From NCBI GenBank assembly GCA_026394635.1, contig JAPKXV010000308.1, positions 1 to 26,959 of the forward strand: 26,959 nt of DNA, read 5' to 3'. The translations under genes and the position numbers were made by a program. This document shows, in pieces, positions 1-7,500 of the stretch. The stretch comes from Methanoregula sp. (GTDB lineage: Archaea; Halobacteriota; Methanomicrobia; Methanomicrobiales; Methanospirillaceae). The notes below the pieces were generated by a model that had not been told where the DNA came from, made no database searches, and saw only the letters and a program-made list of their open reading frames with translations. Positions within the stretch are counted from its first letter, which is position 1, and each line of letters begins with the position of its first letter.

Positions 1-1477
1 GCGCAGTTGCGCATCCTTAAGTACATTCATCATACCGGTGATGTCGTACGGGTCGACCGTTTCAACAAACGAGACCCCGCACGCGCGGCATATCGCATCG
101 AGCGATACATGCGGGCTTGCAATGCCACACGCGGTTACACCGGTATTCGGGTTCGGCTGGTGTCCGGTCATCGCGGTGATCCGGTTATCAAGGATCACCA
201 CCGTCATTGTCGCCCCGTTATAGACCGCGTTCATCAGGCCCGGGATGCCGGTATGCAGGAACGTGGAGTCCCCGATTGTACAGATGCTCTCGCGGGGTTC
301 TCCAGTATGTGAGATGCCGCTCGCAACGGTGATAGAAGCTCCCATGCAGATGGTGGTATCAACAACGCCAAGCTGGAGCCCCAGCGTGTAGCAGCCGATA
401 TCGCTGGGGTAAATTGCATCCTTAAAAACACGTTTAATCGCATAAAACGCAGCGCGGTGCAGGCAACCCGCACAAAGGATCGGCGGGCGCAACGGTAAAT
501 TCTGAACAGGATTTGCCGCAGGATAAAGATTCCTGATAATAAATCCTGCTTTCTCCATGATTGCGGTAACAGCGGGCAGGGACAATTCACCTTCATAGGG
601 AGCGTAACCATTTTTCTTGCCCAGGACTTTTACCATGCCGGCAACCTGCAGGACCTGCTCCTCGACTTCCGGCGCAAGTTCCTCAATGACAAGCACCGTC
701 TTGTGCTTCCGGACAAACCCGGAAAGCCAGTCCTCGTCGATCGGGTACGCGCCGATCTTCATGGCCGCTCGCGATAACCGCTGTCTCCCCCTTGATGGAA
801 TAGGTATTATACCCAAGTTCAACCAGCCGTTTCTTTATTGCAGGCTGTTTTTCGTTGAGTTTTTTATGAAGGAGCCGGGTGTGCGCAGGAATTACAACGT
901 ACTGCCGTGGATCTTTTTTGAACTCTCCCTTCCTTGAGGATGGTACGATATCGCCGAGCACGACATCTCCCTTGGAATGGCAGATGCGTGTGGTGGGGCG
1001 GACTATCACCGGAAGCGAAAACTCCTCGGAAAGGGCAAACGCGTCCCGGAGCATGTCATGGGCTTCCTGGATCGTTGCGGGATCAAGGCACGGCACGCGT
1101 GCGAAACGGGCATAGCACCGGCTGTCCTGTTCATTCTGGGAACTATGGGCAAACGGATCGTCAGCGCTCATGATCACAAGCCCGCCGGTCACGCCGGTAT
1201 AGGCGCTTGTCATCAGGGGATCGGCAGCCACATTAAGCCCGACATGCTTCATCGTGCAGAGCGCACGCAGCCCGCACCATGCAGCGGCAAGGGCATTTTC
1301 CAGCGCAACTTTCTCGTTCGTCGACCACTCGATATAATAGGCCCGTTCCTGGCGGGAGCGAAGCACATCGATCACTTCCGACGAGGGGGTCCCGGGATAC
1401 CCGCTCACAAAATCCACGGGAGCTTCCAGACAAGCATGGGCGATCGCTTCGTTTCCAAGGAGATATTGTCGTTCCAT
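1..1477 (-). pseudogene. iorA: Indolepyruvate:ferredoxin oxidoreductase alpha subunit, split by a frameshift near 762-765; 3' end runs off the window
   Basis: The 1477-start ORF has IorA motifs (GNEAIA, GYPGTPS, WSTNEKVALE, MKHVGLNVAADP, DDPFAHSSQNEQD). Homology stops after TAVIASG. It resumes in another frame from ATG 762 down to base 1: MKIGAYPIDEDWLSGFVRKHKTVLVIEEL...RPPILCAGCLHR...SDIGCYTLG...IGDSTFLHTG...ILDNRITAMTGHQPNP (TPP-binding domain). Confidence 0.9.
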
Positions 1478-1623
1478 GATCCCAGATCCTGCTCTGTACC
1501 TTATCTTGGGACACCCTGGACTATTTATTTAACGAGCTTGGTGTTCCGATCCCGTGGCAGGGGATTCACAACCTATAAAACCTCTGGTGGGATACTTATT
1601 AGGGTAAATTTCAGGAATTTTCT

Positions 1624-1697
1624 GGGCCCGTAGCATAGCTTGGTGGTGCGCCCGGCTGATAACCGGGAGGTCATGCGTTCAAATCGCATCGGGCCCA
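1624..1697 (+). tRNA. tRNA-Ile (GAT)
   Basis: Cloverleaf: acceptor GGGCCCG/CGGGCCC, anticodon stem CCCGG-CTGATAA-CCGGG, T arm ATGCG-TTCAAAT-CGCAT, discriminator A; CCA not encoded. Confidence 0.97.
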
Positions 1698-1701
1698 TAC
1701 A

Positions 1702-1708
1702 TTTTTTT
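1702..1708 (+). terminator. Oligo-T tract after tRNA-Ile, probable archaeal intrinsic terminator
   Basis: T7 run 4 nt after the tRNA 3' end. Confidence 0.5.
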
Positions 1709-1765
1709 AACCGTTCCATACATATTCCGTATTTTGATATAGTTCCGACGCGCAAATCTTTGGAT

Positions 1766-2221
1766 ATGGAAAAACGATATACAATTATCCTTGTGGCAGG
1801 ACTTGTGGCCTGCATTATCCTGTTTTTCATCGATATTTACCTGGGCGGAATTGCAGCAATTCTCCTTGTCGTGCTCGCCATGTCATTTTTTATCATGCAG
1901 GATTCGCGTTTTCACCCTGATATCAGCATTTTCCTGCGGGATGATGCAAAGAGTATTATTGTCGCCAACCGTGGAAACGATATCGCAAAAAAGATACATG
2001 TGGCAATCGTCCCGTTTAACCTCGAATTTGATGTCCCATCTCTTGTTGTCGATGAAAAATATGAATACGCACTTACCGATATGATCAGCGAGGCAAAGGC
2101 AACCGTAAATTACCAGAATTCCCAGGGGTTTGAGTATTCCCAGACATTCAGGTTATCCGCTCTTGGAAAAAGTGATGATGACCTGTTGAAGCCGGCATTC
2201 CCGCTTTTTAAATGGAAATGA
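1766..2221 (+). CDS. Hypothetical membrane protein (151 aa, two N-terminal hydrophobic helices)
   Basis: The listed ORF start (1640) lies inside the tRNA. ATG 1766 gives MEKRYTIILVAGL..., a hydrophobic N-terminus followed by a soluble beta-rich domain. Confidence 0.75.
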   Translation: MEKRYTIILVAGLVACIILFFIDIYLGGIAAILLVVLAMSFFIMQDSRFHPDISIFLRDDAKSIIVANRGNDIAKKIHVAIVPFNLEFDVPSLVVDEKYEYALTDMISEAKATVNYQNSQGFEYSQTFRLSALGKSDDDLLKPAFPLFKWK

Positions 2222-2242
2222 TGGGGAGTACCATCCCGGTTC

Positions 2243-2773
2243 TTACGATTTATTAGGGAATACATAGGAGATGGTTTTTTCAAGAGCTTCAAGGAGTGCT
2301 TCTTCACCCTTGAGATAGTCATGCATTGCCTGGTAGAGCATATACATCGCATCGTACCCGTAGTTTTCGATGACGCCCCCGGCATCTATCGGGTTGAGGT
2401 ATGAGTCTGTTATGAATCCATCCGTACTGTACATCAGCTCGAAAAATTTTCCTTCTTCCGAAAGGACACAGAACTGATCGGTTATTTTTTTTGTCGTGTT
2501 ATCCGGACGGAACGGGGCGGGGTCGGTTTTTCCCAAAATGATCATCTTTTGTGGTTAATACTTCGGATCATAGATTTCTCCCTTTGTGTCCTGTTTTCCT
2601 TTCTGGAGCATTGCAAGGCCAATGGATTTCACGACAGGGATGGATGAGTGTGCCATCCTGTCAAGGAGTGCTGCATCGTTTTTTCTGATTTTTTCAGCAA
2701 TTCCTGCCTCTTTACCCTTTAGATCTTCTATTTTTTGTAGGATCTTCTCAAAGCCAGCTTCAATCTCATCCAT
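2243..2773 (-). pseudogene. Hypothetical protein (~176 codons) interrupted by one in-frame TAA at 2557-2555
   Basis: ORFs 2555..2773 and 2243..2545 are in the same frame: ...DPKY TAA CCA CAA AAG ATG ATC (Y*PQKMIILGK). Confidence 0.7.
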
Positions 2774-2834
2774 GTGATCATCACCCGGGAAATGTTTTTA
2801 AAGAGAATAGATATCATTGGCATTTGGAAATAAT

Positions 2835-3342
2835 AAGTACGCGTGGTAATGCACTACGTACAGTGTCCTGCGCAACCCCGTGCTATCTGGACAATCCCCT
2901 CGTGATCAGAGATTTCCTCCCCAGTATCACGGAACCTGTCATGGATAGATGGGGGGAGAATAAATGTCGGCGTGCAGACTGCCATGATTGCTTCCCGCTG
3001 GATGACAGCCATGCAGCCCATCACAGAGAGATCCCGGTTTTTGAACCGTGAGAGCCATCGCAGCATCCGCCGCCCGGTATCTGCGAACCCGTGCAGGTGT
3101 TGATGATCACTGCATTGGCATCTTCCTCAAGAATGGACAAAGGTGCATCTCTGGTGTTTGAGGATCTCTTTTAATTTCGCAGTATCCCCGAAATTATACC
3201 GGCACCCGTACATCTCAATAAATACCCATTTGCCGGTGAGATCGGCAAGACCATTTTGTGGGGGGAAATTTCCAGAACCGGATTGCGATGTTGCCATACA
3301 ATGTTGTCGGGGATGCTTTTCTTTGTAATAACCTTTGTCCAC
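2835..3342 (-). pseudogene. Decayed 5' fragment of a MiaB/MtaB-family tRNA methylthiotransferase (radical SAM)
   Basis: UPF0004 N-terminal motifs FIE(M)YGCRYNFGD, then ANAVIINTCT in a shifted frame, then VMGCM. The radical SAM triad reads GCAGHCT*CI, with TAG at 2856-2854. The rest of the protein is missing. Confidence 0.85.
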
Positions 3343-3448
3343 TGTAGTAAAAAAAGTATTAAAAAACTATACCCCGATCGCCAGATCTCCTCCAGAATGA
3401 AAGGGGCCAGCACAATGCTTAACCGATGGTACCCACTATCTTTTTACA

Positions 3449-4285
3449 ATGATCAAAATAGGTCTTATCGGCTGTGGTAACATCGGGCACATTATTGCTA
3501 ACCACGCCGGGGGGATCGAGATTGTTGCCCTCTTTGATATTTTTTTTGACCGGGCAAAGGAACTCGAAAAGATGACCGGCGCACGGGCGCACGAACAATT
3601 TGATACCTTTATTTCCGAAGATTTTGATATTGTTGTCGAGGCTGCCTCGGTGAATGCGGTAATGACCTACGCACACCGGGTTCTTGAACATGGCAAAGAC
3701 CTCGTCATCATGAGCGTCGGCGCCCTTGCTGATCCTGCATTCAGGGAGGGACTCCGTGAATCTGCCCGGAGCAACGGGAAAAAGATCTACATTCCCAGCG
3801 GTGCGATCTTCGGTCTCGACAACCTCAAGGTGGGACGGATATCTCCCATAAAAAAACTGCTCCTGAGGACAGTAAAAAGCCCCGCATCGCTCGGGGTTGA
3901 AGCAAAGGAGCGCCGCATCATCTTTTCGGGAAAAGCACACGAATGCATCAAGGCATTCCCCAAAAACGTCAACGTTTCTGTTGCCATGAGCCTTGCTGCA
4001 GGGAGGGACGTGGACATTGAACTCTGGGTTGATCCGGCGGTCGATCGGAACATCCACGAAGTCATTATTGAAGGTGACTTTGGCGAAACATTTATCCGGG
4101 TGACCAATGTGCCGAGCCCTGATAATCCTGCGACAAGTTACCTTGCCGCACAAGTTACCTTGCCGCTCTCTCGATCCTCTCGCTGTTACATGGACTCGAG
4201 GACCCGATCATTGTCGGCACATGACAATCACGATCCTGCAAACAGGAAGACAAACACCCGATCAAGGATAGAATTCGTATGGTAA
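3449..4285 (+). CDS. nadX: L-aspartate dehydrogenase; C-terminus frameshifted by a 17-bp duplication (native stop TGA 4222-4224)
   Basis: Rossmann GCGNIG, VVEAAS, SVGAL, SGAIFGLD, FPKNVNV, NIH and NPATSYLA motifs; adjacent to nadC. Removing one repeat copy restores a 252-aa protein ending LSILSLLHGLEDPIIVGT. Confidence 0.92.
   Translation: MIKIGLIGCGNIGHIIANHAGGIEIVALFDIFFDRAKELEKMTGARAHEQFDTFISEDFDIVVEAASVNAVMTYAHRVLEHGKDLVIMSVGALADPAFREGLRESARSNGKKIYIPSGAIFGLDNLKVGRISPIKKLLLRTVKSPASLGVEAKERRIIFSGKAHECIKAFPKNVNVSVAMSLAAGRDVDIELWVDPAVDRNIHEVIIEGDFGETFIRVTNVPSPDNPATSYLAAQVTLPLSRSSRCYMDSRTRSLSAHDNHDPANRKTNTRSRIEFVW
4133..4166 (+). repeat. Perfect 17-bp tandem duplication ACAAGTTACCTTGCCGC x2
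   Basis: 4133-4149 is identical to 4150-4166. Confidence 0.97.
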
Positions 4286-5118
4286 CGGTTGAATATCTCC
4301 TGAATTTTATCCGGGAAGACGCTCCCTTTGGGGACATAACCTCAGAAACCATCATTCCGGAAATTGAATGCAAAGCGAGAATCAGCATCGAAAGTCCGGC
4401 TGTCGTCGCCGGCCTTGAAGAAGCGTCAGCACTTTTCCGGTATTTTGAGGTGGACGTGGACCAGCCGGTCACGGATGGTTCCGATGTTCGTAGCGGGGAT
4501 ACGCTCCTGACCTTGCAGGGACCTGCAAAAAAGATCCTGCTTGTTGAACGCACGGCACTCAATATCATCGGACGGATGAGCGGGATCGCAACGGCAACAC
4601 GTGAATTTGTAGAACTGGTGCACCGCGTGAATCCTTCGTGCAGGGTGGCAGCGACCCGCAAGACATGTCCGGGACTTCGCGAACTTGACAAAAAAGCAGT
4701 ATCTCTTGGCGGTGGCGACCCCCACCGGGCAAACCTCAGTGACGGTATTCTCATAAAAGACAACCATCTTGCGATTGTCAGCCTCGACAATGCATTATCA
4801 ATCGCACAATCCCGCTCACCCCGGTATAAAGTCGAGGTGGAGGTGGAGACCAGCAAGGACGCGGTGCGGGCAGCGCAATCCGGATCAGATGTTATCATGT
4901 TTGATAACATGAGCCCCCGGCAGGTACAAAAATCACTCGATGCATTGATCCAGAAGGGGCTGAGGGACAGGGTAATTATTGAGATCTCAGGGGGGATTGA
5001 TGCAGATACTATCGTTGAGTATGCATCTCTTGGTGTCGATGTGATCAGTATCGGTGCGCTGACCCACTCGGTGAAAAACATACCAGTACATCTCGAAATC
5101 CAGTCATCGGAAACGTGA
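4279..5118 (+). CDS. nadC: Nicotinate-nucleotide pyrophosphorylase (quinolinate phosphoribosyltransferase)
   Basis: EDAPFGDITS, ERTALN, TRKT, GGGDPHR, LIKDNH, EVEV, MFDN and SGGI motifs. Confidence 0.97.
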   Translation: MVTVEYLLNFIREDAPFGDITSETIIPEIECKARISIESPAVVAGLEEASALFRYFEVDVDQPVTDGSDVRSGDTLLTLQGPAKKILLVERTALNIIGRMSGIATATREFVELVHRVNPSCRVAATRKTCPGLRELDKKAVSLGGGDPHRANLSDGILIKDNHLAIVSLDNALSIAQSRSPRYKVEVEVETSKDAVRAAQSGSDVIMFDNMSPRQVQKSLDALIQKGLRDRVIIEISGGIDADTIVEYASLGVDVISIGALTHSVKNIPVHLEIQSSET

Positions 5119-5224
5119 AATTTTTAACGTTCCTTTTTTAACGAAATATATTTCAGATCGGTGGCGTGACGTAAGAAAGATTAATAATACTCCATCGCAA
5201 ATGGAGGGCTATCGGGGATTTTGA

Positions 5225-5758
5225 ATGGAGGAGCAGGAGCCTGAGCTCATGGATGACCCGGAGCTTGTAGAGGAGCGCAGGAAACAACTGGCGAATGCAT
5301 ATATCACATTATTAAAAAGTCCGTATCTTGACTCCCGCTGGAAAGCTGCGGAGGCACTCGGTGATCACGGGGATGAATCTGCCGTTGAACCGCTCCTTGC
5401 TGCCCTCAATGACCCTTATGTCGACGTCCAGTGGCTTGCTGCAAAATCGCTCGGGAAGATTGGGGATAAACGAGCGGTCGGGCCCCTGATTGCATTATTA
5501 AAAAACGAGAGCACATGGGTGAGAACCGGCGCTGCATGGGCGCTGGGAAAACTCGGAGACCCGCGTGCTGTTGAACCGTTGATTGAAACGCTTAAAGATC
5601 CAAAACCCAGAGTCAGGAAGGATGCTGCATGGGCACTGGGTAGATTGGGAGATGCCCGTGCAGCAAGCCCACTCAATAATCTTCTGCAGGATAAGGATGA
5701 CGATGTCCGGCAGGCAGTAAAAACAGCACTCGATATGCTGAAAAAGAAAAGTACCTGA
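5225..5758 (+). CDS. HEAT-repeat (PBS lyase HEAT-like) protein
   Basis: About four to five repeats of the form R-x-x-AAxALGxxGDxxAVxPLxxxLxD. Confidence 0.9.
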   Translation: MEEQEPELMDDPELVEERRKQLANAYITLLKSPYLDSRWKAAEALGDHGDESAVEPLLAALNDPYVDVQWLAAKSLGKIGDKRAVGPLIALLKNESTWVRTGAAWALGKLGDPRAVEPLIETLKDPKPRVRKDAAWALGRLGDARAASPLNNLLQDKDDDVRQAVKTALDMLKKKST

Positions 5759-5792
5759 AAAAACTTTTGAACACCACAATAAATTTAAAAAT

Positions 5793-6356
5793 TTAATTTT
5801 GTGTCACTTTCAAATCATAGTGAATTTCGTCATTGTTCCCGCTGTACCGCGGGTCGATGATTAAAATGTATTTGCTCTTATTCTTCACAGTGAATGTCAT
5901 ATCTTTTGTCAACACATTACTCTGGCTGAAAAGAGGTATCACTGGGCTGTAATCCCACTGGTCTTTTCTTAAGTCCGTATTCCATGCCGGGGTGACAACG
6001 GGGAATTTGAGGTCATCTGCCTTGTCAATGACCAGCACATTCACCGGTTTGTCGGAGTTTAAGGAAATTGTAAAACTATCCTTCGGATAGAGATACTGGA
6101 ATCCATAATCCTCGAATGCATATTTCTTGTTTGCTGTCGACGGCAGGTTGATCTTCTCATTGATAATAACCCTTCCGGAAGATACTGTGGTGGCTGCTAC
6201 ACCTACCGGGGCCGTTGTTGATATCGTGGTTGCCTGCTGGGCTCCGGTGACCCCGGAAGTCGTCTGAGAGGATTGCGGTGCTGTGCCCGTGCACCCGCAC
6301 GACAATACGAGGCCAACGACAGCAATCACGAGAACAAAGACAAGGATTTGTTTCAT
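5793..6356 (-). CDS. Predicted lipoprotein / surface protein
   Basis: Basic-hydrophobic signal ending in a lipobox-like SCGCTG, a Ser/Thr/Gln-rich linker, then a beta-rich domain. Confidence 0.75.
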   Translation of the reverse strand: MKQILVFVLVIAVVGLVLSCGCTGTAPQSSQTTSGVTGAQQATTISTTAPVGVAATTVSSGRVIINEKINLPSTANKKYAFEDYGFQYLYPKDSFTISLNSDKPVNVLVIDKADDLKFPVVTPAWNTDLRKDQWDYSPVIPLFSQSNVLTKDMTFTVKNKSKYILIIDPRYSGNNDEIHYDLKVTQN

Positions 6357-6459
6357 AGGCTTAATGTTGCGTGTTCAGATAAAAAGGATTTTGAATAATC
6401 ACATGGTCTCTTTGTGCTGATTGATAAGAAGAGATCTCTTTAAAAAATTTCCTTTCAGG

Positions 6460-6825
6460 TCAGGGGTTTGATGCTATATCGGACCCTGACTGGACAACCA
6501 CTTCCTTTTTTCCCTGGTAGGTCTGGACGAGCCCCACCACAGAAATATTTCCCCCATTTTGCAGCGTCATATCTGATGCAATCTGACCCGGGATAAAAAC
6601 AGAAACATTATTGATCTGGAAGATGAAATGCCCCCCGTTCTTCGTAATCACGAGATGATCAATCATTCCAGACAGGTATACAAGATCCCCATCGTGAGAC
6701 ATGTCCGAAAAAGGAGCAGCAAACGAGCGCTTTCCCGCATTCTCAAGGATCAGGTGAGCTGCAACTACCAGGATCACCACCCCAACCAGTATCAGGAGAG
6801 CCAGCCGTTCCTGACGTTCGAACAT
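6460..6825 (-). CDS. Membrane-anchored OB-fold-like protein (121 aa)
   Basis: ATG 6825 (MFERQERLALLILVG...) avoids overlap with the divergent HTH gene. N-terminal TM helix; C-terminal ISVVGLVQTYQGKKEVVV is an OB-fold-like pattern. Confidence 0.7.
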   Translation of the reverse strand: MFERQERLALLILVGVVILVVAAHLILENAGKRSFAAPFSDMSHDGDLVYLSGMIDHLVITKNGGHFIFQINNVSVFIPGQIASDMTLQNGGNISVVGLVQTYQGKKEVVVQSGSDIASNP

Positions 6826-6895
6826 CAATAACAATTCAGAGAGGAAGTATAAATCAGCGATACATTGATATGTTAACAGTGTTAACATCACGATC

Positions 6896-7141
6896 ATGTA
6901 TTCCACACCACTGCCACCCTCGTCAAAGACCGTATTCCAGATACTTGATACCGGGGGTGCGATGACGCACAAGGACCTGGTCAAAAAGAGCAACCTTGCT
7001 CCCCGCACGGTGCGATATGCCTTGAAAAAATTAAAGGAGCGGCAGATGATCATCGAGAAATTCAACTTCCGCGATGCGCGACAGATCATCTACCAGAACA
7101 GACCTCAGCAATCCGGTGAAACTCCCAAAGCCTGCGCATGA
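6896..7141 (+). CDS. Winged-helix (MarR/ArsR-like) DNA-binding protein
   Basis: MTHKDLVKKSNLAPRTVRYALKKLKERQMI HTH followed by a wing. Confidence 0.85.
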   Translation: MYSTPLPPSSKTVFQILDTGGAMTHKDLVKKSNLAPRTVRYALKKLKERQMIIEKFNFRDARQIIYQNRPQQSGETPKACA

Positions 7142-7455
7142 ACCACGAACCCTGCCTGCTCATCCACTGCGATGTGCTGGTGCGCAAGATGCTTCCGAGT
7201 ATGCGTGCCGAGATGGTATCCCGGCTCGTCAATGAGCGGGGACTTTCCCAGAGCGAAGCCTCACGGAGGCTCGGGGTGACGCGGGCTGCAATTTCCCAGT
7301 ATGTCAGCAGGAAGCGGGGGTGCAGCGAAGCGCAGTTCTCTTCCGAGATCAGCGCGGTAATCGACCGTTGGGCGCTCGCCGTAGACACGGGGGAAAGCGA
7401 CATCAATCTCTGTGATGTCTGCAAATGTGCCAATAAGAAGTTTGACAGGATGTAA
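7138..7455 (+). CDS. XRE-type HTH regulator (COG2522-like), Cys-containing termini
   Basis: GLSQSEASRRLGVTRAAISQYVSRKRG HTH; ATGA overlap with the upstream HTH gene. Confidence 0.85.
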   Translation: MNHEPCLLIHCDVLVRKMLPSMRAEMVSRLVNERGLSQSEASRRLGVTRAAISQYVSRKRGCSEAQFSSEISAVIDRWALAVDTGESDINLCDVCKCANKKFDRM

Positions 7456-7500
7456 ATTCTGGTTTTTTTAATTACCTGTGATGTATCGTTGACCCATCAC

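Noticed and set aside
7-1633. Plus-strand ORFs (7..312, 617..937, 977..1633 and others) and minus-strand 234..611
   Set aside because: Antisense or off-frame shadows of iorA; the real coding frame is 762 down to 1 on the minus strand.
1573-1830. ORFs 1573..1830 and 11485..12285 share the peptide MGPMRFERMT(S/A)RL
   Set aside because: It is the antisense translation of the two Ile tRNAs, not a protein motif.
2854-2856. TAG inside a radical SAM motif as a possible pyrrolysine codon
   Set aside because: It sits at an aromatic (Tyr) position, the gene has other lesions and is truncated, and no pyl genes are in view.
4221-4271. 16-codon ATGA-coupled mini-ORF between nadX and nadC as a nadA remnant
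   Set aside because: No recognisable NadA residues; too short to support. nadA is simply not in this window.
5225-5758. Internal repeats in the HEAT protein gene as an array
   Set aside because: Protein-level repeats with degenerate DNA; no spacer/direct-repeat structure. No CRISPR array was seen anywhere in the window.
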